Of a stretch of 64,000 nucleotides of DNA, positions 32,346-43,160 are shown in pieces. The stretch spans positions 32,001-96,000 of the forward strand of contig CAVRCI010000002.1 of assembly GCA_963719495.1 (NCBI GenBank), given 5' to 3'. Each line of letters opens with the position of its first letter. Position 1 is the first letter of the stretch. A program made the position numbers and the translations under genes. The notes beneath the pieces were generated by a model. It was given only the letters and a program-made list of their open reading frames with translations. It did no database searches and had not been told where the DNA came from. This DNA comes from an uncultured Verrucomicrobiae bacterium (GTDB lineage Bacteria > Verrucomicrobiota > Verrucomicrobiia > Chthoniobacterales > JAATET01).

Positions 32346-33785
32346 TTAGCCCGCATTAATTACCTTTGCTTCTATCAATATTTGGCAATTTGGGCATACA
32401 GCCCGCATGACTTCACCATTTCCCCAGATCGTTCGGATCGGCTCTGAGTCAGAGCATTCTGGACACGTAAGGTAGGAAAACTTTCCTTCGTAAGAGGTTG
32501 AAGCAGCGGGTTCTGGACTTGCGGAGTAGTGCTTTAAGACGTCCCCTGACGAGTCAATAGTAAGCATGGAGCAACAGTTCATACAATACCGGTCAGTAGA
32601 GTGATCGCCTTGAGTGATATTTGCAGGGACAACGTGATCACACTTCGGACATGTTGCCTCAACTCGCAGTCGTCCGATTCCGACAGGCGCTCTGGACTGA
32701 CCTGACTTTCTCGTGATTACCTGACCATCTCCAATGCGGTTGACGTGAAATCGAGTGCTGCACCCTTCGCAACTGTGGAATGCACTTGAACCAGGATGAG
32801 TTCCGAGGGTCTCGGTCCCAATCAGTCCGCAGTCGGGACACTTTACATGTTCTGTCCCAGTCAAGGTCGCGCGAATGTCACGAACTTGCTGAACCGTCGA
32901 ATCGCCGAGAGTTACGTTGAGGAGGGAGGAGAAGCGTTGGGCAAATTGATCGCTATTCAAAATAAAGAATTTCGAAACTTTCGTCATGCGTTTCAGTTCG
33001 TCAGTGAGTTCTGGTCGAGGTCCAAATCTTCGTTTCCCGCCAGACTTAATGAAGTGCCACCAGTCCTCTTTATCATCATCAGTGATGAAAATAAGTTGAG
33101 CGATATTTGCAGTGTTGCAGTGTTCGATCACCTGATTCCAAAGTATCAGGTCACCAAACTCGCGCTTGAAAATCAACCCCCCGTGCGTGAATGCATCTCC
33201 TTGCTTCGATTCGTCCTCGTATCCCGGAGGGATTTTGAGCGCGTATCGCTTGGTTCCGTCTTTGAAGATAGCATCCAACCAATCTTGGTTTATTGGGCCC
33301 GGCCCAATCTTCTCAGAAAAAATTGTTTCAAGCTTTTGGAGGATCGGGTCGATATCCGTAACACCTAAGTGATTCGCGGACTGATCTTTCAGAAGATCGT
33401 TGAAGATCTCCTTCTCTTCGAGAAGCTTACCAACGAAGTCAGTCGTATCAATGATCGAGTGACGTTTCTTCAATTGGAGTGATGATATATCGGACTGTAG
33501 CTTATCCAGTGACTTCTCCACAAGATCCTGAACGGCCTTAAACTTTTGTTTTTGTTCAGCGATAACTAAAAGGCGATTACGGTGATATTCCAAAGCAGTC
33601 TGATGTGGTAACCAGACCTTGTGCGCGAGTGCTTCCATGACGCTTGTAAGATCTCTCGATGCATGAGACGGGTATCGATAAAGATTGAGAAGCACGTTTG
33701 TGTCGAAAACTACAAGAGTATCTTCAATTGCAATATCAATGGCATCTTGTATGTCGGCGTAAAAGCCAGGAAATGTGTCTTTCAT
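32346..33785 (-). CDS. PIN-like domain protein with C-terminal Zn-ribbon repeats
   Basis: VFDTNVLLNLYR, IPPGYED, GDLILW and ITDDDKEDWW motifs; six CxxC pairs. Confidence 0.85.
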   Translation of the reverse strand: MKDTFPGFYADIQDAIDIAIEDTLVVFDTNVLLNLYRYPSHASRDLTSVMEALAHKVWLPHQTALEYHRNRLLVIAEQKQKFKAVQDLVEKSLDKLQSDISSLQLKKRHSIIDTTDFVGKLLEEKEIFNDLLKDQSANHLGVTDIDPILQKLETIFSEKIGPGPINQDWLDAIFKDGTKRYALKIPPGYEDESKQGDAFTHGGLIFKREFGDLILWNQVIEHCNTANIAQLIFITDDDKEDWWHFIKSGGKRRFGPRPELTDELKRMTKVSKFFILNSDQFAQRFSSLLNVTLGDSTVQQVRDIRATLTGTEHVKCPDCGLIGTETLGTHPGSSAFHSCEGCSTRFHVNRIGDGQVITRKSGQSRAPVGIGRLRVEATCPKCDHVVPANITQGDHSTDRYCMNCCSMLTIDSSGDVLKHYSASPEPAASTSYEGKFSYLTCPECSDSEPIRTIWGNGEVMRAVCPNCQILIEAKVINAG

Positions 33786-33916
33786 ATTTATAATGGGCTA
33801 ACGTCAAGCTCAGCCACCCTGAGCGGGCAACCAAGCCAACCGCCAGGTGAGCTGCCAATAGCGGGAACGAGCAACCCCAGCCAGCGAAGCGGCTAGGGGT
33901 TGGCTGCAGCGCCTTG

Positions 33917-34552
33917 TTAGCCCTGTATTCTTTTCAGACGGGTTCTCGTGTCGTCGAGGGTTGTTCTGAGTTCCTCAATATCTGAGTCAGGCATGTGATC
34001 AGCAAGAAGCTCGATGAAAAAAGAATCTGACTGAGTCGACTGATGTAAAAGCTGCATGATGTCGGCTTCGTAAATTGCAATACGATCGAAATCAAACTGA
34101 CGATACAGGCTCGGAAGCGCGAATAGCTTGAGGAGGATCAATCCATCCACATTTCCCGTGGACAGGGAGCCGATCTCATACTGCATGGATTCGGTGAAAT
34201 CATCGGCAATCATCTTGAAAACCCTGTGTTCTGCGAATAGGACATCCACACGGAGGCCGTCGAAGTCACCGTAGGCAAACATGTCGCTTCGTCGGGCAAT
34301 CTTGAGCTCGGGAATATCAGCGAGACGTGGTGCCGAGATGATCAAATCAATATCATCAGTATTGCGACCTCTGACATGTTGGAGCAATGCAATGCCTCCC
34401 ACTACGACAAATGGAATGTTGCGAGCACGAAGGAGCGAAAGAAATGATGAGACGAGTTCTGGATAGTCTGCAGACATGGGTCGGCCGAGTGTAACCGGAT
34501 TGGCGAAGTGGGCCAATGCGATTATCTTACCGGGATGAAGCGGGGCGGGCAT
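33917..34552 (-). CDS. Nucleotidyltransferase-fold protein
   Basis: VVGGIAL...RNTDDIDLI. Confidence 0.75.
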   Translation of the reverse strand: MPAPLHPGKIIALAHFANPVTLGRPMSADYPELVSSFLSLLRARNIPFVVVGGIALLQHVRGRNTDDIDLIISAPRLADIPELKIARRSDMFAYGDFDGLRVDVLFAEHRVFKMIADDFTESMQYEIGSLSTGNVDGLILLKLFALPSLYRQFDFDRIAIYEADIMQLLHQSTQSDSFFIELLADHMPDSDIEELRTTLDDTRTRLKRIQG

Positions 34553-34690
34553 AGGTTTAATGGGCTAACGTCAAGCTCAGCCACCCTGAGCGGGCAATCA
34601 AGCCAACCCCGAGGTGAGCTGCCAATGGCCTGTCCGAGCAACCCCAGCCAGCGAAGCGGCTAGGGGTTGGCTGCAGCGCCTTGTTCGGTC

Positions 34691-34951
34691 TCACCGCTTC
34701 TTCAGTATCCTGTCGTATTCAGCATGTGTGCCGATCCAAAACCAGTAGTATGTGCCGGAATCGAGCAACGAGAGTGTCCGGTAATCATCTGTGATTCTGA
34801 CTGACCAAAATGGACCGACCTTCTTGAACTGCAGCGAAGGATGACGGGGGTTGTCTGCCCAAAGTTGGTATTGCTTCCGGGCTGTGCTTTTGATGCCGGG
34901 AGGAAGGTCAGAGTATGCCTTCCAAAATTTATGAGTGGTTGAGGACTTCAT
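34691..34951 (-). CDS. ParE/RelE-like toxin
   Basis: NPRHPSLQFKKV...WSVRI...WFWIGTHAEYD. Confidence 0.85.
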   Translation of the reverse strand: MKSSTTHKFWKAYSDLPPGIKSTARKQYQLWADNPRHPSLQFKKVGPFWSVRITDDYRTLSLLDSGTYYWFWIGTHAEYDRILKKR

Positions 34952-35150
34952 CGAGCGTCTTGACGCGATCGTTCTTGATGTCGTCCCTTACCGATGCGAG
35001 TAAGGAATCGAGCCGACCTGCTTTGTGATCGTCGTCAATCTGCTGGTCCCAATCTTCCCAAAGGTTTTCTTGGAGGCGATGCAACAAATCCCACCGTTCA
35101 GACGACGGAAGACGGACAATTGCTGATTCGATCTCTTGTAGAGTGCTCAC
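34929..35150 (-). CDS. Putative antitoxin
   Basis: EIESAIVRLP...WDQQIDDDHKAGRLD. Confidence 0.75.
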   Translation of the reverse strand: MSTLQEIESAIVRLPSSERWDLLHRLQENLWEDWDQQIDDDHKAGRLDSLLASVRDDIKNDRVKTLDEVLNHS

Positions 35151-35203
35151 GATGCGAATGTATCTGCTGGCGACGGCGTCTCAAGCGTAAATTCAGGACC
35201 GGA

Positions 35204-35668
35204 CGTCAAGCTCAGCCACCCTGAGCGGGGCAACGAACGTCTAGGCAAGGTGTTTGCCGGAAGGGGATCGGTCGGCCAAGGCTTGCCGTTGGCCGGCTAG
35301 GGGTTGGCTGCAGCGCCTTGTTCGTCGGAAGAGGTGACTGCACGATGGAGGACCCGATCGTCCGACAGGCCGACGATGGTCAAACCCAGCAAGCGGCTTC
35401 GTTAGAGCATTCAGTAGAAGATGCTTCTGTGGTCCAGATTGACTCCGCATTATAAATATATTGCTCGTGACAAGAGCAGGCCGGAGAGGATTCTGGATGG
35501 ATCTACTCATTCCGCGTGAGCGCCCCAAGCGTGCATGGCCGGCGAATAATCGTTGGCGTCGAATCGGGAGTGATCAATAGAAAACCAGAATCGTGCTCAA
35601 TCGTATGCCGAAGGGAATCGAGCAACTCTGAATTTTCCCTTGATCTTAACTCCAATAAATCAGGCGAA
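35204..35668 (-). other. Gene-less cassette, family A
   Basis: Repeat copy. Confidence 0.8.
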
Positions 35669-35759
35669 CGTCAAGCTCAGCCACCCTGAGCGGGCAATCA
35701 AGCCAACCCTGAGGTGAGCTGCCAATAGCGGGACCGAGCAACCCCAGCCAGCGAAGCGG

Positions 35760-36203
35760 CTAGGGGTTGGCTGCAGCGCCTTGTTCGGCTGTATTCCGTT
35801 GAAACTTCGACGAGAGGTCTGAACAATACAATAAAGCCAGAATTGCTCCTGTTATACCGGATGATAGCATGTCGAGCAGCATCTCCGGCGCAGACATGAT
35901 GTCATACGAAATCATGCCAATCCAAGGGATTGATATGGCAACAATGAATACATAGAGAGTCCGTGCATATCTGCGCAGCATCCAAAGGCGAATCCATGAA
36001 AGTATCGCTCCTATAAAAATGACGAAGGCATACGCAATGAACAGTGGTTCCGGGATTCCGTAATTATATATGGGAGCATCGTATGCTTGCATTCTGAGAT
36101 CTTCAGACAGCCAAGGATCGCCGAGCGCTCCCAGAGATATGTGGATAGTAATTAAAGCGAGTTCTGACAAAATCAAAATCCGCAAGACGGTCTTCGTGGT
36201 CAT
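35760..36203 (-). CDS. Hypothetical membrane protein
   Basis: Four hydrophobic segments; stop inside the attC. Confidence 0.75.
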   Translation of the reverse strand: MTTKTVLRILILSELALITIHISLGALGDPWLSEDLRMQAYDAPIYNYGIPEPLFIAYAFVIFIGAILSWIRLWMLRRYARTLYVFIVAISIPWIGMISYDIMSAPEMLLDMLSSGITGAILALLYCSDLSSKFQRNTAEQGAAANP

Positions 36204-36286
36204 ATTGAGGCCGGATGAATTAAGTAGATACGAAAGGAGCCGCGTAGAATTCTTTCGTTGGCTGGTGGGTGACTTACTGAGCCGAA

Positions 36287-36899
36287 CGTCAAGCTCAGCC
36301 ACCCTGAGCGGGGAACCAAGCCAACCCTGAGGTGAGCTGCGAGTAGCGGGTCCGCGCAACCCCCGCCGCGAAGCGGCTAGGGGTTGGCTGCAGCGCCTTG
36401 TTCGACGCGCATCTGTTCAAACTACGCATATCGTGACTTCCTCAAGCCAACCCCTCCGTATCTCTACCGAAGGCACTCCAATAATGACGATCAAACCTTC
36501 GAAGAGGCTTCGCGATTGGAATCACTGAAATGCGATTGGAAGATTGTAGAGAGTAAAGGCTGAACTGGAGCGGGGGGCTTGGGATCAAGCTCACAAATAT
36601 ACGCCAGGAAGATTGTAGGGGGTAGAGGCTGAATTGGAATAGAGAGGGGGCATCAAGCTCACAAATAGAAGCTTGGAACGATTGTTGGGACATCTGGTGA
36701 CTTCCGAACGATTGGTCGAAAATCAAAATATTCTATCCGTTGAGAAACTGGGTTTGTTGCCTAGGCCCCGATCCTCCGTCCTGCGCTGGTCGAAAAAAAA
36801 GAACCCGACCGCTTGAAACAAGATGTGGTGTCCCCTGACGGCGTCCGAATATGTAAGAGCGAAATATAGTCATCCGCCGGAGGCTCACAATGAGTCGAA
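36287..36899 (-). other. Gene-less cassette, family E, with internal ~69-bp tandem repeats
   Basis: Homologous to 48217-48835. Confidence 0.7.
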
Positions 36900-37364
36900 C
36901 GTCAAGCTCAGCCACCCCGAGCGGGGCAACGAACGTCTAGGCAAGGTGTTTGCCGGAAGGGGATCGGTCGGCCAAGGCTTGCCTCAAGCCGGCTAGGGGT
37001 TGGCTGCAGCGCCTTGTTCGTCGGAAGAGGTGACTGCACGATGGAGGACCCGATCGTCCGACAGGCCGACGATGGTCAAACCCAGCAAGCGGCTTCGTTA
37101 GAGCATTCAGTAGAAGAGGCTTCTGTGGTCCAGATTGACTACACATTATAAATATATTGCTCGTGACAAGAGCAGGCCGGAACGGATTCTGGATGGATCT
37201 ACTCATGCCGCGTGAGCGCCCCAAGCGTGCATGGCAGGCGAATAATCGTTGGCGTCGAATCGGGAGTGATCAATAGAAAACCAGAATCGTGCTCAATCGT
37301 ATGCCGAAGGGAATCGAACAACTCTGAACCTTCCCTTGATCTCAACCCCAATAAATCAGGCGTA
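36900..37364 (-). other. Gene-less cassette, family A
   Basis: Repeat copy. Confidence 0.8.
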
Positions 37365-37681
37365 CGTCAAGCTCAGCCACTCTGAGCGGGCAACCAAGCC
37401 AACCCCACCGTGAGCTGCAAGAAGCGGGACTGAGCAACCCCAGCCAGCGAAGCGGCTAGGGGTTGGCTGCAGCGCCTTGTTCGGCTGTATCTGCTACATG
37501 AATAACTTCGCAATCGAATCTGGATCTTGTCGCAAATCCTGAATCGCCACAATTGCGATTCGGCGTCCTTCGATAGAATAGAAAATCCCATAAGGAAATT
37601 CCTTGATAAGGAGCCTTCGGTAAGGGCGACGGAATGGTGAGCCAAGGTTTGGAAACCGCCGCAAAAGAAGTGATGCCTCGT

Positions 37682-38901
37682 CTAGTATCCTGTAACGCGC
37701 TATATTGCGTATTGAGTCGCGCTCATCGGAGCGGTATGTGGGTGGATGGCAAATCGATACCGCATCACTTTAACCGAGTCCGAACGTGAGTATTTGAGCG
37801 CGCTGGGCCGGACTTCCAAAACCGACGCCAGGCGATATGTGCATGCTCGAACGCTTTTACTTTGCGACGTTGGCGAGCACGCGCCGAGTGGCGTAGCATG
37901 GAAGGTGGCGGATGTCGCCAGCGCTCTGGGAATCGGTGTTCGCACCGTCGAACACATCAAGGAGCGCTTCGTGGAGGATGGGTTGGAGGCAGCGCTTGGA
38001 CGCAAGCCGAGAACCGGTCCTCCGAGGATTACCTTCGATGGAGCCTTTGACGCGAGGGTGACCGCCTTGGCGTGCTCCGATCCTCCCGATGGACGCGCCC
38101 GGTGGACCGTCCGTCTTCTCGCCGACAAAGTCGTGGAACTCAAGATTGCCCCCAGCGTTTCGACGATGACCATTCAGCGGTCTCTAAAAAAAACGAATTA
38201 CGCCCTCATCTGAGCAAATATTGGAAGATCCCTCCAGACGGCAGCGCCGCTTTCGTTGCTTGCATGGAGGACGTTCTCGAACTCTATCACGCACCCTACG
38301 ATGCGCTCTTCCCCCTCGTCTGTATGGATGAGTCGAGCAAGCAACTCGTTGGCGAAGTCCAAGCGCCCATCGCTGGCGCTCCCGGTAGGGCGCGAATCGA
38401 AGACCATGAATACGTTCGCAACGGCGTGGCCGAAATCTTCCTCGAAGTCGAGCCGCTGGGCGGACGCAGACATCTGGAAATCACCGAGCGCCGCACCCGC
38501 ATCCAATGGGCTCAGTTCATTCGCAGCATGCTCGACGAACGCTATCCCCACGCGACCAAGGTGCGCTTGGTCATGGACAACCTCAATACGCACAACATCG
38601 CTTCGCTCTACGAAGCCTTCCCTCCCCAGGAAGCTCGCCGACTGGCCCAACGCCTTGAGATCCACTACACCCCAAAACATGGCAGTTGGCTCAATGTCGC
38701 CGAGATCGAGTTCAGTGTCCTTCAGTCCCAATGCCTGAATCGTCGCATTCCTAACATTGAAACGCTGCGCTCGGAAGTCGCGGCTTGGGAGGCCGCCCGG
38801 AACGAAGCCGCCCGCACCACTTCGTGGCGCTTCACCACCGCCGACGCGCGGGTCAAATTGAGACGGTTATATCCGCAGCTTTAGTCGTTACAGGATACTA
38901 G
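37682..38901 (+). mobile_element. IS630-family element (coordinates include both CTAG)
   Basis: CTAGTATCCTGTAACG / CGTTACAGGATACTAG ends. Confidence 0.95.
37746..38884 (+). CDS. IS630 transposase, OrfA-OrfB joined by a -1 frameshift at A8 (38186-38193)
   Basis: CMDE, VMDNLNTH and TPKHGSWLNVAE motifs; ...SLKK/NELRPH junction. Confidence 0.9.
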
Positions 38902-39005
38902 ACTCCGCAAGAATTCTGAGCCTCGTCCCTCCTGGATATCTTCATAGCGTTCAAATGCGGATTGAATGTCAATGTCGGCTTGGAGGAGGTAAATGACCTC
39001 GGATG

Positions 39006-39227
39006 TCATCGAGCTGACAGGAGGCGCGACTTGATCTCGTCCAGTGTGGTGAACTCATCTGGGTGCTTGTGATAATGGGCGAGCCGCCTATCCAGCTCTT
39101 CGATGATCGCTGGGGAGACCGGGATCTCCTCGGGATGGGATGCGACGTTCTCCCATAGCTCTGACATCAGCGTGAGCTGGTCGAGGACTGAAAGGCTTTT
39201 CAGGTCGGGAATGCGTTCCAGAATCAT
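39006..39227 (-). CDS. Addiction-module antitoxin
   Basis: LMSELWENV...EELDRRL. Confidence 0.85.
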   Translation of the reverse strand: MILERIPDLKSLSVLDQLTLMSELWENVASHPEEIPVSPAIIEELDRRLAHYHKHPDEFTTLDEIKSRLLSAR

Positions 39228-39233
39228 GGAATG

Positions 39234-39262
39234 AATATGCGAATGGCGATCAATCCAGTCAA
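39234..39262 (-). promoter_or_regulatory. Putative sigma70 promoter, leaderless arrangement
   Basis: TTGACT-N17-CATATT-N6-ATG. Confidence 0.6.
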
Positions 39263-39375
39263 GGCATTGAGTTCAGGAGCCGAACGTCAAGCTCAGTCAC
39301 CCTGAACGGGCAATCAAGCAAACCTTGAGGTGAGCTGCTAATAGCGGGACCGAGCAACCCCAGCCAGCGGAGCGG

Positions 39376-39727
39376 CTAGGGGTTGGCTGCAGCGCCTTGT
39401 TCGGCGTATCTTGGTGTATTCCGCTTCGGGGACATAAAGCAATATAGTATAGCACCTGGAAAATTCAGGAATACAATCAATCCGACCCAAAGCAGTCTGT
39501 CGGTGCTCGTCAAACTCGGATTGCGCAGTGCATGGGCTAATGTAATCACCCAAAGACATATTGCGCTCAACACAATAAATGCCCCAGCGACTTGAAAATA
39601 TCCGATCTGATAGGCTAAATCATTAACATTCGTTGATTCGTGCGAGTTGAAGTAAAAAAAATATCAGCAAAACAAATCCGACATGAAGAAGGAGTAAGCC
39701 TGCAATTGTAGTTCCTATGACTTTCAC
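39376..39727 (-). pseudogene. Frameshifted copy of the PLDc_N-like membrane protein cassette
   Basis: Near-identical to 52158-52508; A8 at 39654-39661 versus A6G in the intact copy. Confidence 0.8.
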
Positions 39728-39776
39728 GAGATTGCGTTTCGAAGTTAATGCGTATTTCAGAAAATTCCTAGCCGAA

Positions 39777-40410
39777 CGTCAAGCTCAGCCACCCTGAGCG
39801 GGTGATAGAGCCAACCCTGAGGTGATCTGCCGGTAGCGGGAACGAGCAACCCCAGCCAGCGAAGCGGCTAGGGGTTGGCTGCAGCGCCTTGTTAGACTCG
39901 TATTTGTATTCTGATGCTACCGCCCATGGTGAAAGATCGATTTCGATTCACCAGATGCTTTCGAGTGGATTCCGAAATAATACGTGAACAGAAATTGATG
40001 TCAGCGTCAAAATTGGAATGAAGCAGTCTCGCGCGCCAGTGATTGGAAGCGATTGGGTGCATTCCGATTGAATGAATTCGGATTCCATTTTTAACGGGCC
40101 GAGGCAGTGAAAATTTGGTCGATTCGTTTGGCTGTCTTTTAATCGAGTTGTCCATCCAGACATTCGACAAGTGGCTTTCTCGTGATGGGAACCTAAAGTC
40201 TCAATACCCACTCCGTAAAAGTGCAGTTCTACGCAAATGCACCGTTTTCGGGTCGGAATCGAGGTGGTCAAAAATCACCAAAAAAAATTCGGGTGCTGCG
40301 CACCAAATATGACTCGTCTTCGCCTCGTTTGGGATTCGGGTTTCTCGTTGCAGGTGACAAAAAGGTAGGGGTCGCTCGTATTCAGCCCGCCGGAGGCTCA
40401 CGGAGTCTAA
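39777..40410 (-). other. Gene-less cassette, family D
   Basis: Shares ends and a 41-bp invariant block with the copies at 49410 and 53023. Confidence 0.75.
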
Positions 40411-40805
40411 CGTCAAGCTCAGCCACCCTGAGCGGGCAATCGAGCTAACCCCATGGTGAGCTGCCAATAGGGGGACCGAACAACCCCAGCCAGCGAAGCG
40501 GCTAGGGGTTGGCTGCAGCGCCTTGTTCGGATCCGCCCGTTCGTGGTCCCGTCGGATCTACAATCTGCAGCCTTGCTCGTCGCCATGCCGCTTGATAATC
40601 GACCCATACTAGCTAGTCAGACCGATGCGCTGCACTATGAAAATTGACGTCGAATGGACTGCGAAAAAATACCTTGGTTTGGGCTTCCGCACACTCAAAT
40701 TAACCTCATTGTGAACACCTTCCGAATACGCCAATTTTATACAAAGCAAATTGCGAACGATCTTTTTTGCAAATTGGACTTTCAGAAACTGGGGCATAGG
40801 TCCGA
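40411..40805 (-). other. Family C cassette
   Basis: Repeat copy. Confidence 0.75.
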
Positions 40806-41314
40806 CGCCAAGCTCAGCCACCCTGAGCGGAGGACCGAACTCTTGAAAGAGATGTAAACTGCCACCCGGAAGTCAGAACAACGGCGACCAATGATCGGCT
40901 AGGGGTTGGCTGCAGCGCCTTGGTCGTCGTGACGGGTCGTAGACACAACGGCCCGCCGTAGCATCCGACAGGGGCTGAACCGTGGAAGTCAGGAACAACG
41001 CGACCACGTGAACAGAGGCTCGAGCCAGACTGGTCGTGGCCATATCTTCTCGTGATGGTGAAATCGTAGCCGAAGCGAATGAATCAACGAAGTCACTGAA
41101 ACGGAAGCTCGACCCGGCTCTGCGGGTGGAGCGGCGAGACGCTGAACGGCGGAGGGAGATCGGAGAGCTGGAAGAGGGCGTCTGTGACGAGGGGAGTCGG
41201 CGGATGGAAGGGGACGGGGTCATCCAGTCGAATCCGCTCGTCACAGTCGCCCGGGTGAATCACCAGCTAATGTCCCTGAACCGAACTCAGTCATTATTTA
41301 TTGTATAAGGCGAC
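40806..41314 (-). other. Family B' cassette
   Basis: G|GTCGCC start, GACGACC R''. Confidence 0.75.
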
Positions 41315-41448
41315 CGTCAAGCTCAGCCACCCCGAGCGGATGATCAAGCCAACCCTGGGGTGAGCTGCCAGTAGCGGGTCCGAGCAACCCCGGCCAGCGA
41401 AGCGGCTAGGGGTTGGCTGCAGCGCCTTGTTAGCCTGTATTTGTATTG

Positions 41449-41787
41449 TTATTGAAATGCATCTGCCGGCATAGGCGCTGGTTCAACGATATTCGCTGGC
41501 GGGGGAGTGTTGGGATCGGGGACTTTAAAGATACGATTTGTATAGGGGTCTCTGACTTCGGTTCCTACTGGAAAGCCTCTAACATCAATATAACCTTTTT
41601 CGGGAGCGTATGGGCTTTGAACGAATCCAGGTTTATTACCGACATTGGTTGCTGATTGAATCTGAGCCGCCTGCTTCATGTCGCTGGAATCCGGATTGGA
41701 GGCGTTACCGTCAACCTGATCGCCAACATTTTTCTCTGAGCAAGCGACCAATGATACAATTATAGCGGTTATGATGAGCTTTTTCAT
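41449..41787 (-). CDS. Lipoprotein
   Basis: MKKL...LVAC lipobox; KPGFVQSPY...IDVRGFP.GTEVRDPY...FKVP motif that I associate with Verrucomicrobia. Confidence 0.8.
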   Translation of the reverse strand: MKKLIITAIIVSLVACSEKNVGDQVDGNASNPDSSDMKQAAQIQSATNVGNKPGFVQSPYAPEKGYIDVRGFPVGTEVRDPYTNRIFKVPDPNTPPPANIVEPAPMPADAFQ

Positions 41788-41980
41788 TATTTTACGGTTA
41801 AATAGGCTAACGTCAAGCTCAGCCACCCTGAGCGGGCGACCAAGCCAACCCCACGGTGAGCTGCAGGTAGCGGGACCGAGCAACCCCAGCCAGCGAAGCG
41901 GCTAGGGGTTGGCTGCAGCGCCTTGTTAGGACTGTATTTCCACGTTTCCCGTTCATTGGAAAGTGCATTGGAACAGTCAC

Positions 41981-42406
41981 TTATTTGAAGTTGTCTGGAT
42001 TTTGAACATGGTCGATGGCTACCCCCTTCTTTTTGGAGCTTCTCTTTGAATAAGTGCAGATGCAAATTAGAAAAGATGCTACGCATGCCGCTTTCAGAAT
42101 AAGCAGCAAGATCGGCTGAAACCAAGCTCTCGTAAATACCTCGATAAAATCTGATAGTCCGAATAAAGCAAATGAGATCGTGCATGCCATCAATATGTCC
42201 TGATCTCCCCGACTCTTTTTGCGGTTATTGAGAAATGCAAAGGCGATCGCCAGCCAGAATACTCCTTCGATGAGATTGAATATCTGGTCTAATTCAAGTC
42301 GGGGTATTCGAATAGCGATAAATCCAAGAATCATTGAAGCGATTGCGACTCCCCATATTCCGAATTCCAAAAATGCGGTAGGGAATGCAGTGTATTGCTT
42401 CTTCAT
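41981..42406 (-). CDS. Hypothetical membrane protein
   Basis: FNLIEGVFW...FGLSDFIEV...LLILKAACV. Confidence 0.75.
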   Translation of the reverse strand: MKKQYTAFPTAFLEFGIWGVAIASMILGFIAIRIPRLELDQIFNLIEGVFWLAIAFAFLNNRKKSRGDQDILMACTISFALFGLSDFIEVFTRAWFQPILLLILKAACVASFLICICTYSKRSSKKKGVAIDHVQNPDNFK

Positions 42407-42544
42407 GAGTCCTAACGTCAAGCTCAGCCACCCTGAGCGGGCAACCGAGCCAACCCCACGGTGAGCTGCCAAAAGCGGGGCCGAGCAACCCCAGCCAGCG
42501 AAGCGGCTAGGGGTTGGCTGCAGCGCCTTGTTAGGCACGTATTT

Positions 42545-42802
42545 TTAGAGCGGTGCGATGGGGAGCAGCGGCTTTTCCTGTCTCGCGCGGTTCCAGTCCT
42601 CACGCAATTCATCAAGATGTTGGATTCTCCATTCGTCGACGAGTTGAAGTGCCTTTTTTGGGAGGCTACCTTCGTAGATCAGTCCGGTCTCAATCTCGAT
42701 GAGTGCTTCGTGCTCACCGTAGATGGCATGAAAATGGGTTGGTGGGTGATCTCGGTAGTAGAAGCGAATCCGGATCCCGTAGAATCTGCTTACTTCAGGC
42801 AT
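42545..42802 (-). CDS. DUF4160 protein
   Basis: MPEVSRFYGIRI...DHPPTHFHAIYG...PIAPL. Confidence 0.9.
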   Translation of the reverse strand: MPEVSRFYGIRIRFYYRDHPPTHFHAIYGEHEALIEIETGLIYEGSLPKKALQLVDEWRIQHLDELREDWNRARQEKPLLPIAPL

Positions 42803-43055
42803 GTTGCACTCCTGATGGAATTGCTCCTGTGATCTCCCGGTATGCAGCATCTGAGCATATCTCAAGATCCTCTGACCATGCGATCTGTCCGAACTCTGCG
42901 ATGTGAACTGTGTTGAAGAATGCCTGGTCTGATAATGAAGAAAATACTCCAGATCGAACAGATTCAGACATATCAATCTGCCCCGTCGTGCCATCGGGAT
43001 ACGAGACCTCAACCTTGTAGTCGGGAAGGGGAGTTACCTTGTAAGGCCTGTTCAT
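42795..43055 (-). CDS. DUF2442 protein
   Basis: YKVEVSYPDG...GVFSSLSD...IAWSEDLEICSD. Confidence 0.85.
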   Translation of the reverse strand: MNRPYKVTPLPDYKVEVSYPDGTTGQIDMSESVRSGVFSSLSDQAFFNTVHIAEFGQIAWSEDLEICSDAAYREITGAIPSGVQHA

Positions 43056-43160
43056 GCGTCTATAAGGTTATACTGACCTTCCGCATTTGAGAAGCCAGAG
43101 TTTTTTCACGGATGATGGACGAACATGAATTGCATTTCTCATCCGTCGGAGACTGCCCAA

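Larger units (their letters stand above)
37494..39009 (-). pseudogene. RelE/ParE toxin interrupted by IS630
   Basis: Removing the IS restores MTSEVIYLLQAD...EFLRSLDEA...RRLLIKEFPYGIFY...DLRQDP; ATGA overlap with the antitoxin. Confidence 0.85.

Noticed and set aside
36538..36690. Mini-CRISPR in family E
   Set aside because: The would-be spacers resemble each other, so this is a degenerate tandem repeat
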